Part shown: in pieces, positions 12,004 through 24,835 of the stretch
How the letters are laid out: each line of letters begins with the position of its first letter
How positions within the stretch are numbered: the first letter of the stretch is position 1
Origin: Squalus acanthias
Lineage: Eukaryota
DNA: 64,000 nucleotides
Assembly: GCA_030390025.1 (NCBI GenBank)
Contig: CM059453.1
Span: 5,952,001 to 6,016,000, forward strand
Direction of reading: 5' to 3'
The notes under the pieces: model-generated
What the model saw: the letters and a program-made list of their open reading frames with translations, nothing else
Databases searched by the model: none
What the model was told of the DNA's origin: nothing
Translations under genes and position numbers: made by a program

Positions 12004-12221
12004 TTCCTAATTTTATCACTTACTCCCAACATGTGGACGTGATTATTTCACACTCTCATTTTAAAACTGCAGAGCATTCTGAAGATTTCTGATGAATTTT
12101 TTTCATAGCACAGATTTTTCGATTCGACTCATGAGTTTCACTCAGAGGGCGGCACCAATGCCATTTTATCGTTGCGCGATACCATTGAGATTAATTATTT
12201 GTTTTTGGTATTTTCTAACAG

Positions 12222-12256
12222 AAGGGGAAATTCGCAACGAACCGAACAGAATCGCA
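12222..12256 (+). CDS. Penultimate cytoplasmic micro-exon (EGEIRNEPNRIA)
   Basis: ttttctaacag| ... GCA|gtgagt; phase 1 in and phase 0 out, matching the phase-0 final exon. Confidence 0.6.
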
Positions 12257-12519
12257 GTGAGTAGCTTCTACACATGATATCTAATGAATAAAAATAGATA
12301 ATATCCAGAATTTCATATTTGGTGCATGTTGCCAATAAAGTGTTGGTATAGTCTATTGAAAGGTGTGGCTTGCAATATTTACTTCAAATAGTATGAACTA
12401 CATCTATGTTTGACAGCATATCAGTTCACACACCGTTTCGGTTCAAGAGAACGCAATATTCTGACGAATTAATTTCCTATATATTGCACATATTATTGCG
12501 ACATATATAGTGAATGAGG

Positions 12520-13590
12520 AATAAGAACATAAGAATATAAGAAATGGGAGCAGGAAAAGGCCACTTGTCCCCTTGAGGCTGCTCCGCCATTCAATAAGAT
12601 CATGGCTGATCTTGGGCTCAAAGCCACTTCCCTGCCCGCTCTCCATAACCCTTCACTCCCTTATCTTGCAAAATTATGTCTATCTCCACCTTAAAGGTAT
12701 TTAATGACCCAGCCTCCACAGCTCTCTGGGGCAGAGAATTCACAGATTTATGACCGTCTGAGAGAAGAAATTCCTCCTCATCTCAGTTCTAAAAGGGCGA
12801 CCCTTTATTCTGAAACTATGCACCCGAGTTCTAGATTTCCCCACGAGGGGAAACATCCTCTCTGCATCAACCTTCTCGAGCCCTCTCAGTATCTTACACC
12901 TTTCAATAAGATCACCTCTCATTCTTCTAAATTCCAATGTGTATAGGACCAACCTGCTCAACCTTTCTTCATAAGTCAACCCCTCATCTCAGGAATCAAC
13001 GTTGTGAATCGTCTCTGAACTGCCTCCAAAGCATATATATCCTTCCTTAAATAAGGAGACCAAAAGTGCACACAGAACCCAAGGTGTGGTCTCACCAGTA
13101 CCCTGTGCAGTTGCAGCATGACTTCTCTGCTTTTATACTCCAACCCCCTTGCAATAAAGGCCAACATTCCATTTGCCTTTTTGATTACTTGCTGTACCTG
13201 CATGCTAACGTTTTGTGTTTAATGGACAAGGACCCCCAGGTCCCTCTGAACTGTAGCATTTTGTAATCTCTCTCCATTTGAATAATAATTTGCTTTTTTA
13301 TTTTTCCTGCCGAAGTGGATAACCTCGCAATTTCCCACATTATACTCCGAAATGCCAAATGTTTGCCCACTCACTTAACCTGTCTATATCCCTTTGCAGA
13401 TTCTTTGAGTCCCCTGCAAAACTTGCTTTCCCATTATCTTTGTATCATCCGCAAAATTGGCATCATTACTCTCGGTCCCTTCATCCAAGTCATTAATGTA
13501 CATTGTAAATAGTTGAGGGCCCAGCACCAATCCCTGTGGCACCCCACTAGTAACCGTTTGCCAACCGGAAAATGACCCATTTATCTCGCT
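12520..13590 (-). mobile_element. 5'-truncated CR1
   Basis: RT/C-terminal fragments (KKANGMLAFIARGLEYKS; LEFRRMRGDLIE) and an ttcttatg tail. Confidence 0.85.
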
Positions 13591-14609
13591 TTTATGAACG
13601 AATGATTGTGAATATTATACCGATTGAAAACCCAAGTTATATGTTCTAAATTAGTTGATTAAATAATTTATGGTTTGTGAAAGACGTAAGGAATGAAATA
13701 AAATGCATGAACATAATAGTTTGCAGTTCCATAAATCAATGTAAATTGAAGCTAGCACTGTTTCAAAGTTTTGTGATACCTTGGTTATGCTTTAGTTCCT
13801 TTCATCACAGCAGCAAAGCAGATGTAAATTAAAAGTGAACACCCTGAGCGCTAACTTGCTAAAATTTGAAGTAAACTATGATTGAGATCAAGGACTGTTT
13901 ATTCATGCAATCCAGCACATGGCACATCAAGTGGGAAATAACCCTGACTCAAACCCTCCTTCCCGCCACCCTCCAGTCATCAAACGAAAGATTGAAAGAG
14001 AGTGAGAGAAGCACGGTCAAGGGAGAACGTTTTGAGCAAAACAAAGCCCACAACCATCAAGGAAAGATATGTTACTTTCTTCAACTGACTGGGCCTCCAA
14101 TCCTCATTCCGTGATACACACTCAATTTTTGGTACAAGACGCAGGTATAAGTGATGGCCAATGCTGTCGCCTGGACTAGTTTCGATCGTCCAAAAGGCTG
14201 GCAGAGGAATTGTTCCCAATGTTTACCCCAAATTGACCTGGTTTTTTACCTGTTTTTTCGGTTCTCTCAGTAGATTGCATGGCCCCGGATGGGTGGGCAG
14301 TGTCTATATGGTCATGCATAAGACATTAGGACTGTGTGGGACATGTTGGATGGGCCAGTTGGTCTTTTCCTCTCCAACATTTTCAGATGTTCGTAGTGGT
14401 TGTGCTTAAACAGGACACATTAATCAATAAGCTTTCTGGGCACAGGGTGTGGATGGGTATTGGGCAGAGATTATGTAGGCAGTGGGAAACTGGGGCCAAT
14501 AGTAGAAAAAAAATGTTTCATTATAACATGTTATTGACTCTCCAAATGTGAAATATGTTTAAGATGAACTGGTACTGTGGTACTTAAGTATTTCTTGTTC
14601 TTTTTGCAG

Positions 14610-14756
14610 ATGAGATACGAGTCCAATAGAGACGGAGGTGTTCAATATGCCCATATATATTCCCTTGGCAGTGGGAATCAGCCGGACAGAATTCAAGAAC
14701 AAGAGGACGTGGAGCAGCAGGATAATTTTGAATATTCATTGATTGCCATTCGTTGA
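14610..14756 (+). CDS. Terminal coding exon with ITIM (VQYAHI) and ITIM-like (FEYSLI) motifs
   Basis: Strong acceptor tttcttgttctttttgcag|. Translates MRYESNRDGGVQYAHIYSLGSGNQPDRIQEQEDVEQQDNFEYSLIAIR*. Confidence 0.7.
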   Translation: MRYESNRDGGVQYAHIYSLGSGNQPDRIQEQEDVEQQDNFEYSLIAIR

Positions 14757-16086
14757 AAATTAAACATTGTGGAATAACCTCAGTTAATTGTATATATGAA
14801 GGGGGAATGACGATGAGATACACCGCTTCATTAGATTGCTGCGGTGTCATGTCAGGTGTGAAAACTGACTCAAAATTCACACAGATTAATGGGTTGAGTG
14901 TTTTGTTTTGTAGGCTGGAATACTACTTTGTTTACGTGTTGCATGCTTATCCAGTACCCAGCGCAGGCCAGTCTGTAACAAACAATGTCCATAATAGTGG
15001 GCCTTCAAAGGTTGAGCAAAGGGCAGTCACAGCTGTCGTCTAAATGGCTGTTTTCAGGCATTAGAAACATTTTATCAGTTCAGCAATGGGCTCCTCTCCT
15101 GAGTTAGGCTTCAGATTAACGAACAGAAAAAAGACCATACGAATATCAGCATACAGATGCCCAATCTATCCCTTATCCAGTATTTTATTGGCAGCATTAA
15201 CTCACTTAAAATATATGTCCTGAAGCTTTTTTGAAGTATCATAGAAAGGGATTCTGCATTGTTACCCCCATTGTGCAGCAACCTTGCAATTTGAAAGCCC
15301 CTGTCGGAGGAGCAACATTCAGCTGTCAATTCACTGCAACCACTGGCTTGCGAGTGCAGGAATTTAAAAAGAGAAAAGACAACAGAATAAAGACCTAGTA
15401 CCTGGGACTGAAACAAGTGGAAATGATTGGGGGTTATTAAAGATGCCAACTGCAGTAGAGTGTTAAGCTTGAGCATATGTATTCGTCATTGCCAAAAAGG
15501 AATAAACTTATTTGAAGTGAATATTTTTCAATTACAACCCAGTTTTGTGTGGCAAATTTATAATAGACATATCAACATTATGAACTTTAATTCTGCAAAA
15601 AAATTGTGTCACTTCTTAAGGAGCTGAGTCCTTCCTGTTGGACCAATATGGACTGATTATACCGCGAAAGATAATATAGATGATGTATATCCATGAATGT
15701 ACAGATAATCGCTGCTGGTGGAAATTTAAATATGAATATAAGTACAGCAGCTTTATACAGAGTATCAGATTCTGCTGCTGCTAATATCACTCAGTGCCTT
15801 ATGGATGCCCAGTTTTGAGCTAGCTGATCTGTTCTTCATCTATCCCACTTTACACCCTCCGCTTTCAGTCTGAGCGCTTCAAAGCGGGTTACCTTGAGTG
15901 AGAGAGTGCCATGAGAGGCAAATAAAATTGAGCAACGAAATAATACAGAGGACACTCAGGAGGTACAATATCAACTGTCCATACAATAGGGAGAGAACCG
16001 CCAGTTTTAAAAGGGAGCTGCCGATTCGTTACCGCCCAGAACCATTTTGTCCCAATAGGTGACGTACTGAATTCCAAAAAGGAATG

Positions 16087-16991
16087 TTACCATTTAACTA
16101 ATTGAAACAAGAGTGCAAACGGATATTTCACTGACTGTCTGAACTGCTCTCTGAACTTGGTCTGGATCACTGCATAAATACACGTGTTTGTGCAGCAACT
16201 CAACAGAAGAAGCACATACCCGGCTTCTTGGAGGATATAGAGTGGATCATTGGATCCTGTGTAACCGGAAGTGTTTGTGATTCGGAGATATAAGTAATGT
16301 ACGGTAAACGTCAGCCACAAGAGTACGAAATTTCCGGATAGAGTAAGAAGTAAAATGATGGATTTCCTACGATTTTCCATCTCGGGATCATTCTCATCCT
16401 CACCATGTTTCTTGCCCCGGAGAGCCCTGCGGGCTCTATTGGCCACTAAAATAGATCTCACGGTGAGTGCATTGAGCAGCAAAATCAAAATCAACGGCAC
16501 AAACGGGGTTAAAATATGGGTCAGTAACGAAAATGTTATCCACGGAAGCGTTGTGTAAAAGCTCGGTTTGACGTTGCAATACCAGGGTACATTGTTAATG
16601 AAATACAGAGGATCTACTCCAAAGTTCCAGGGGATGTTTCGCAAACAACTCAGCGCAAACACCGCTCCCACAACGCCACTTGCTGTTTGCTTGGTGCAAT
16701 ATTTGGTTTTCAGCTTCTGGCAGCAAATCGCCACATATCGGTCAAAGGTGAACGCGACCGTTAACCAGACAGAAATGTCTTTGGCGGCATAAGCCAGTGC
16801 AGTTCTCAGAGCGCACACTGGGGTAATGGACAGAAAGCTGCCTGGGAAATAAACCGCCATTATTCGATTCAACAACACGCTTGTGAGGACGACCAGTAGA
16901 TCCGCCACAGCCATTGCCACCAGGTAGCAGGTGATGCATTTGGAGAGGCCGCATTTCCCTCGGGTTAGAATCGCAATCGCCATTATGTTAC
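16087..16991 (-). CDS. GPR139/GPR142-like class A GPCR, copy 1, exon 2
   Basis: Intact 7TM frame: GKCGLS, YLVAMAVADL, SVWLTVAFTFDRYVAIC, ENRRKSI, SCCTNTCIY. Acceptor ttttgacag|. Confidence 0.9.
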
Positions 16992-17589
16992 CTGTCAAAA
17001 AAAAAGGAAACGTTCAACTAAACAACTGCACAGAGTCTCAGGAAAAGCAGCAGTTTGGCGGGATTATGTGCGAATTTTAGCGGGTTGAAAATTATCCTCG
17101 GCGATCACGCAAAACGGGCGTAAACACATGGGCCGTTCAGTCCTGAAAATATCAGCCGGAGGATGGGGTGTGGCTGGTCCATGCAATACCGCCAGAAACG
17201 AAAGTCTAACTCAAAACCTTTGTCTTCACTCAGAAATGAATATTAATCTATTTGCGATCACCAATGTTTTCCTAGAGACATCCAGTTCAAAATAAAATGT
17301 CAAAATTTAATAATAAAGAAATATAATAGCGGAATGACAAATATGGAGGAAAATTCAAAGTGAATAAGAAAGCGGCGTAGGAATGTACTGAAATCAATTT
17401 TAAAACAGGCGAAAAGTAGACAAAAATGTAAGAGATTTCAAGCTAACTTAATAAAGAACTTCTACCAATCCTCCTATGATGCAGTCGCTCTAATACAAGC
17501 AAAACAAATCAAGCACATATTAGAAAAATGTATAAAATGTAAGGAGTGACTATATGAGATCAATAAACGGAATCAAAGAAAGAAACAAA

Positions 17590-18040
17590 AAAAGACTTAA
17601 ATTTTTAGCGCGCCTTTCACAACCTCAGGGCGTCTCAAAGCGCTTTGCAGCCAATGAAATACTTTTGAAGTGCAGTCACTGTTGTAATGCTGGATATGCG
17701 ACAGCCAATTGCGCACAGCAAGATCCCAGAAACAGCAATATGATAATGAACAGATAATCTGTTTTAGTAATTTTGATTGTGGGATACCTACTGGCCATTA
17801 CACTGGGGAAAAAAACCCTGCTCTTCTTCGAAATGGTGTCATGGGATCATTTACGTCCACCTGAGAGGGCAGACATCGGTTTAATGTTTTATTCCAAAGA
17901 CGGCACCTCCAAAAGTTCATCACCACTTCAGTACTGCACTGGAGTATCAGCCTAGATTTTTGTGCTCAATTCTCTAAAGTGACTTGAGCCAACAAGTTTC
18001 AAACTCAGAGGCGAAAGTGAGACCATTTGAATCACGACTT
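17590..18040 (-). mobile_element. tRNA-derived DeuSINE (SacSINE1-like)
   Basis: Same family as 32065-32530, on the reverse strand. Confidence 0.7.
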
Positions 18041-19891
18041 ACACTTTGAATCAAATAAAACATTGCTCGCAATGTCGATGTAAAAAAGAACGTATAACAG
18101 ACACTGAGCTGCAATGAGAGGAGAGATGTTCCACAGGGTAGGCAGTGTTCAGTGAGTAACTGAGTGGATTCGGATCCTGATGCAGAAATAATGCTTCACA
18201 TTTGAATGAGCCAGAAAGATATTGTAATGAGGAAGGGGTCAGACCCACTTTCCTAAATGATGAATAAATCCGAGTGGAATGGTTTGAGACGGGTTTTGGA
18301 TTATGAAATTTCAAGTTGGAAAATAATCAGCTGATAATAATGACAGGAACAGGGAGCATTGAAAAATCTGGAGACGGCCCTTTTGCGTGAAGTCAAAGGA
18401 GATTGTCTAGGAATTGCTAGACGGAAAATGATCAAGTTCCAGCTAGTTCACCTCCTGTCGTTCTGGTCGTCCCATGCTGTAATGATAATTGAGCTGTTGA
18501 ATTATCAGAGCAATCAATCCTTAGTAATTAGTCTACAACAGAGCCAGATATGAAGTGAGAGAAACGCCAGTGGAGGAGAGCTTTAGGAAACATAGGCCAA
18601 AAGTCACCAGTTCAGCTAAAGCATGTTCCATTTACCAAATGTCATCATGTCTCAAATTACTCATAAACTGCTTCGAAGCACGTTATTTTCCGAATTAAGT
18701 CTACCTAATTTGCATTTAAATGACTCAATACTATCTGCTTTTACTTTCTCACTAGGGAGCCTGTTCGATAGATTGTGCACTCAGTCACTTAAGTACTTTT
18801 TCGGCAGATTTTTTTTGAATTTACTCGCTTTCAATCACAGGCGGTGCAGGGACAGAGGAACCGATGGAGTGTTATGTAGAATGCTGCGCACGAAGCAAGC
18901 CAAAACTGACAGAAACAGTCAACTAGGGGAAATAGCAAGGACTGAGAAGAGGCAATGCATTAGTAAAACACAGTTAATTCAGAATAGTAACTATTCAATT
19001 ACTATTGAAATATTATCAGGAAATGAATGCAATATCATAAAACGCAGCGCTTAATTTCAGTGGGAATCTTCCTGTTGGATCGAGTCAATATTGTTGGTAT
19101 CGTTCTGTTTTGCAAAAATGAAGTAAAGCTGATTAACTGATTACGCATTGACTAAATGGCGACAGTAATATTTTGCACATTTGTTAACTATTAGCGAAAG
19201 TTGAGCAAATAAGTTGATCTTGAGAACATTTCTTCTGATCACCATGAATCAGGAAGGTTGCATAAAAAGCGAGAATGCCGAAACTCATTGTTTCAAACAA
19301 AATATAAGAAGCTTTGTGACGATAAGCTTTTATGATTTTGCTGTAAATATATACACTCAGTGGAAACATTCCCTGCTAAGTTTAAGCAACCCAGACAGAG
19401 ACAAGGGGTAATCTTTATTCTGATTAGTAAATTCAGGCAGCATTGCGGATCTTTACTCCAAGACAGAATCACTCATTTACCTGTGTGCACAATCGCTGAA
19501 ATTACAAATATCAAGAAGACATATTTCAACTCATGCCATGTTAAAATCTTAGATTCCCAGAAAGCGATTTTCTTTATCCTCATAGCCCAGTCATATAGCA
19601 TCCAATGTCAATGTATTATCAGTCAGCACCGTGTTGAAATGCTTTGGAATAGTGTTTACATTTTACGAAAATTGCATAAGTTCAGTTGCATTAATTCCTT
19701 TGTTATGGAATGGCAGGAAATACCTATTGTGACGTGACTAATATTGTTTCAATGCCATTGTAAATAAATAGTTATGGATTTGTTTCGGCATCTCGGCTTA
19801 TGGCACTGATTTGGTACTGAACAATGTAGGCAAAGAAGGTTGCAGTGGCAATGAGGTGAGTGGGCAACTGCAATTATCAGAATAATACTCA

Positions 19892-20194
19892 GGGGTAGAA
19901 ATTCATGTTGGCGGCTGCGCAAAACTGGCGCTATCACATCATCCACCTGTTATACGCCCTATTCCATATTTAGTTTGGTTGACTGCAATGGAGCTGAATA
20001 CCTAACTGTGCATATAACAGACCAGCCGAAGCGATGACGCCCGTTTTATGCTACTTCCCGCGGTAAATTTCTAGCCCTAGTCAGATATGCAGCTGCACTG
20101 AAGTCATTCAAACTAAATATCAGGCGGGACGTATAACAGATGGCGATGCGATAATGCTCGTTTTGCTCTCCGGCCCGACACGAATTTCTACCCC
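19892..20194. mobile_element. PIF/Harbinger-type MITE
   Basis: TIRs GGGGTAGAAATTC...GAATTTCTACCCC, 3-bp direct TSD TCA on both sides, and inverted subterminal arms. Confidence 0.8.
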
Positions 20195-21702
20195 TCAGTT
20201 CACTAAGGTTAAAGAGGTGGAATGTTGGAGTTGCTAGTCTTGCTCCCGATTCGCTGATAGCTGCTGGATAGTAATTGTGTGTGGGCATTTGATGAGGACA
20301 ACATGCGACTGGGTCATAAAGGCCTCCACGGTCAAACATCCTGCTCACTGATGTTATTCAGGCTCACAAAGAAAAGTGAGCCTTGACCCAGGGCTGATAG
20401 ATTCCATGGAAGGGCAGCAGCATGATATCGAGGAGAAGTAAATATCCAGAAATTAAGATATTTCCTAGCCATGCACCACTCTTTAATTAATTGCACCGCT
20501 GCCTGTAGGATGCCAACTGGAATATTTCAAAATACATGTATACAATGACAGCAATATTAACGTAGTGCTCATAGAAACACTCGGGCCGAACATACAAAAT
20601 GGGCGCTGCCTGCGGCTAAACCTCACCGCCATGATGCATAGTCAGAAAACTCCACCCAAGTATACGGGTTGAAAATGGCAAACTGGAATCATGTAATTTT
20701 AGGTTTCACTTTCTGTTGCGTTAATGTTATCATCAGCTGTAATCTTTTCCACCAAATCGCAGCAGACAAATCTGGAAGTTTGAAAGATTTTTGTTTCGTT
20801 AAGTATATCAACGGATATGGATCAATGGCAGCGAAAAGTATTTGATGTTCTGATGAGCCATGATCTAACTGAATGACTGAATAAGCTCGAGGGGTTGAAT
20901 AGTCTGATCAGGTTCCATGTCCATAATTTTCTGTCAGCACTTAAGACATTTATGTCAATATCCAGTCTTTCTTACTGTAAGACAAGCGTTCATGCTTTAA
21001 TTATAAAAAAAAATGGTGAGCCTCTATTAAAGCTGCAAAGAGAAGAATCAGGTACGAAAGGGGTTTGTTATTAATACTATTTTAGGATGACCCCATAGTC
21101 AAAACAAGAGACAAATGTTTCTGGACCTTATCGTGTAGATTCAAAACGATTATTTTTTTTCAAAGTAATGGCGCGAAATAAGTTATTTCAGTTTAGCTAT
21201 AATAGGAAATTATTTTATTCAGCTAATCAAAATGCCATTCATAAAACTTAGGGAAACACTTTCATGAAAGCATCTTCTTGAATCCAATTCCTTATTTTAC
21301 ATTCTTAAAAGTAAATTCCTCAGATATTAGCATTCCCACTTGTCCTATTTAGCATAATTGTCCTTATTCACAACGGTGCAATTTTAATTATACGACCAAA
21401 TGCAATGCCTAGGTCTAGATAAGAGATTGCAAATCGTTGGGCAAAGCACAATAAGCCTGAACCATTTGTCTATCTTGGAGGAACGACACACTTCATCAAG
21501 TCAATCGCATGAAATAAACAATATTGTCATTGCGATATGTTGGAGATTAAACGTAAACTCACAAAATTAAAGTGACTACAACAGTAACACCGTAGCAAGC
21601 ATAGCAAGGCAGGCAGGTATTCTTATAGAATATGAAGCAAGACCAATCAACAGGTTGAACAGTTGCTGGTGTCATGAATAATCTGATAGTGCAAACACTT
21701 AC

Positions 21703-21772
21703 CCAGAATACCGACCATTGCGAGAAAAGGATAGCAAATAGCATACACCAAACCATTCGCTGGTTCATGCAT
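21703..21772 (-). CDS. GPR139-like copy 1, exon 1 (MHEPANGLVYAICYPFLAMVGIL)
   Basis: 70-nt ATG exon with G|gtaagt donor, phase-compatible with exon 2 (324 aa total); paralogous to 30004-30073. Confidence 0.85.
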
Positions 21773-23656
21773 TTTCTGTCAGAAACGATGGCATCTGTTC
21801 ATGCTGTACACATCGGTTCTGAAAGACGATTTATGTATTATTCGAAGACTATCTCATATATACTTGAGGGAACCCTCAAGTGACAACATTAAGAAACATC
21901 ATTAGCGATATTAGTTACAGTTAGTTGAACAAACAGACCTTGACAGGTGCTGTCATGTTTTATCTAGCGATGTTACCTTATCTATATCAATATTTGCATC
22001 GATCTATCATGTGCCTACTTTTATCTCTACCTATATATCTTTCCAAGTATGTGTGTATGTATGTATATGTTACTATTATATATATACATCTATATTTGTG
22101 TCTTTGTGTGAGCGAGATAATAGCGTTAAATGCCCAGTGAAACTCAGCTCGGTCATGTACATAATCCATCCAAAAGAGATACTCCACGTCTGAGTCGGGG
22201 CTGAGCTCAGAGTTCAGCAAGACCTGCCAAGGTTACACAGCATTGGCCTTAGCTTGAAGTAGCCAATGATAGCCGTTTTGTTTGGTCGCTGGGTAATTCG
22301 TCTAAAAAAATATGCATGTGACTATTACAGCGCTCTCCTGACCGGCCTCCAGTTATGCACCGTCCTGAAACTTGAGCTCATTCAAACTCTTCTGCCCCTA
22401 CCCTGTCCAGTTCACCCATAGTGAGACGGATAGACAGGCGCGTCTGCAGCTGCCGACCTGAGACCCGTGTGGTGTGTTTGCTCCATGGTGCTGGTTAAAG
22501 GACGTCACTGAGAGGGTGCAAAACATTTTGAGGGACCGGGGAGGGAACAGCAAGAACCCGTGTTCCATGTGAGAATCAATGACGTAGGAAGGAAACTGGT
22601 TGAGGTCCTGCAGTCAGAGTTTCAGAAGCTCGGGAGGATGTAACAAAGCAGGTAGTAATCTCTGGATTACTCCCCATGCCACCTACTAGGAGAATATAGG
22701 AATAGTAGGATAAAGCAGGGTAATGTGTATCTGGAAAAATGTTGCAATGGGGAGTACTTCAGATTCCTGGCAATTGGGAGCAGTTCTGGCGCAGAAGGGT
22801 CCTTTCAAGGTGGACAAAGTTGCACTTCAACAGTGCGAGGGCCAATGTCCTCACGGGCATGATAACTTGTACTGTCAGGGACGGTTTAAAATAATTTGGC
22901 AGGAGCGGTCACCAGGATAAAACATTACAGAGAAGAAACAAGATGCAGAGAGCATTGGAAGAGACAAGCAGCACGAGAGGAGAGAACAGTTCAGAAATAG
23001 GAGGAATCAGGTAGCGGGCAAATGTAAAGCTGTCTAAACTGGATTTGGAGTGCATGAACGTAAATGCACAGAACGTGGGAAATAAGGTTGGTGAGTTGCA
23101 GGCACACTTCGCCTCATGGGTCTTTGATATAATGGCAGTAACAGAGACCTGGTTCAAATAAGTGGAGGATTGGGACATTAATATCCTAATATACAATGTA
23201 TGCAGGAAAGTTAGGGAAGGAAACATAAAGAGACGGTGACATTATTGATCAAATAAACTATTATAGACCTGGGATGTATTTGTGGGGCCAAATACAGAGT
23301 CAATTTGGTAAGAATTAAGGAACAATAGAGGAGCTATCACGCCACCAAATAGTGGGAAGAAGATAACTGCACAAATTTACAGGCAAATTATAGAAAAATG
23401 CAAGAAATACAGAGTAGGAATAATGGGGTCTTCTACTATACTGATATCGACTGGGATAGTTACAGTGTAAAGGGCAAAAGGCGGAGAAATGCCTGAAAAA
23501 TGTGCAAGAGAACTTTCTTGATCAGTTTGTTTCCAGCCCAACGGGGAAGGGAGCAGTGCTAGATCTAGTCCTGTGGATTGAATTGGTGGAAGAAGAGCAT
23601 GTTTTATTGGGTGAGCATTTGGGGAATAGTGATCATAATGTCATCAGGTTTAGAAT

Positions 23657-24835
23657 AAATGTGAGAAGTCGCACAACACCAGGTTATAGTCCAACAGATT
23701 TATTTGAAATCATAAGCTTTCGGAGCGCTGCTCCTTCGCCAGGTGAAGTGAAGAGATGCATATAGGCAGAGCATATATAGTCAGAGAACACTGCCAGATG
23801 ATTACACTTAATCTTTCCAACTGCCCTTTATCACACCTCGGGAGAGAGATAATCACGGCAATCAAATGTGTGGTTGGTGTCCAAACAGGTCTGTCAGGAA
23901 AACATTACATCAAAGACAATGAGCTGGAGTCACAAGGGGTCAAATGCGGCAGATGCTGGGATCTGTCTGGAAAACAAAATACTTTTTTTGCTGGAAATCA
24001 CAGCCGGTCTGGCCGCATCTGTGTGGAGAGAACAAGCCAATGACGACTCGAGTCTGGATGACTCTACGTCAGGTGGGGTTACATGTAGCGTGACATGAAC
24101 CCAAGATCCGAGTTGAGGCCGTCCTCATGGGTGTGGAACTTGTCTATCAGTTTCTGCTCGACGATTTTGCATTGTCGTGTGTCTCAAAGGCCGCCTTGGA
24201 GAACGCTTACCCGAAGATCATTCGGACATTCACCCTCCGATCTTCGGGTAAGCGTTCTCCAAGGCGGCCTTCGAGACACATGACAATGCAAAATCTTCGA
24301 GCAGAAACTGATAGCCAATTTGTACACCCATGAGGACGGCCTCAACTGGGATCTTGGGTTCATGTGACGCTACATTTAACCCCACCTGACGTAGAGTCAT
24401 CCAGACTCGAGTCGTCGTTGGCTTGTTCTCTCTACACAGATGCGACCGGACCTGCTGTGATTTCCAGCAAAAAAGGTATTTTGTTTTCCATACAGATCCC
24501 AGCATCTGCCGAATTTGACCCCTTCTGACTCCAGCTCATTGTCTTTGATGTAATTTTTTCCTGACTACCCGTTTGGATACCAACCACACCTTTGATTGCC
24601 GTGATTTTCTCTCTGCCGAGGTGTGATAAAAGGCAGTTAGAAAGATAAACTGTAATCATCTGGCAGTGTTATCTGACTATATATGCTGTGCCTATATGCA
24701 TCTCTTCACTTCATCTGACGAAGGAGCAGTGCTCCGAAAGTTTGTGATTTCAAATAAAGCTGTTGGACTATAACCTGGTGTTGTACGAGTTCTCACATTT
24801 GTCCACCCGAGTCCAACACCGGCATCTCCACATCA
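23657..24835. mobile_element. Penelope-like element fold-back (inverted pLTR arrangement)
   Basis: ~563-bp inverted arms (23657-24219 / 24239-24800). Degenerate GIY-YIG C-terminus (DLRVSVLQGGL..EQKLIA..THEDGLNWDLGF), hammerhead motifs, and a TSD-like pair catcaggtttagaata / catcagtattggaata. Confidence 0.8.
24711..24747 (+). ncRNA. Minimal type-I hammerhead ribozyme motif, slightly degenerate (mirror copy at 23710-23746, - strand)
   Basis: TCAT CTGACGA A GGAGC AGT GCTCC GAAA GTTT GTGA: CUGANGA core, stem II, GAAA and stem I. Confidence 0.7.

Noticed and set aside
21559-21768. 69-aa Cys-rich minus ORF as GPCR exon 1
   Set aside because: Wrong frame. The frame from ATG 21772 matches the paralog and has a consensus donor.
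23657-24835. Palindrome as the axis of the inverted GPCR duplication
   Set aside because: It is off-centre, lies inside a CR1 with its own TSD-like flanks, and is much less diverged than the GPCR paralogs.
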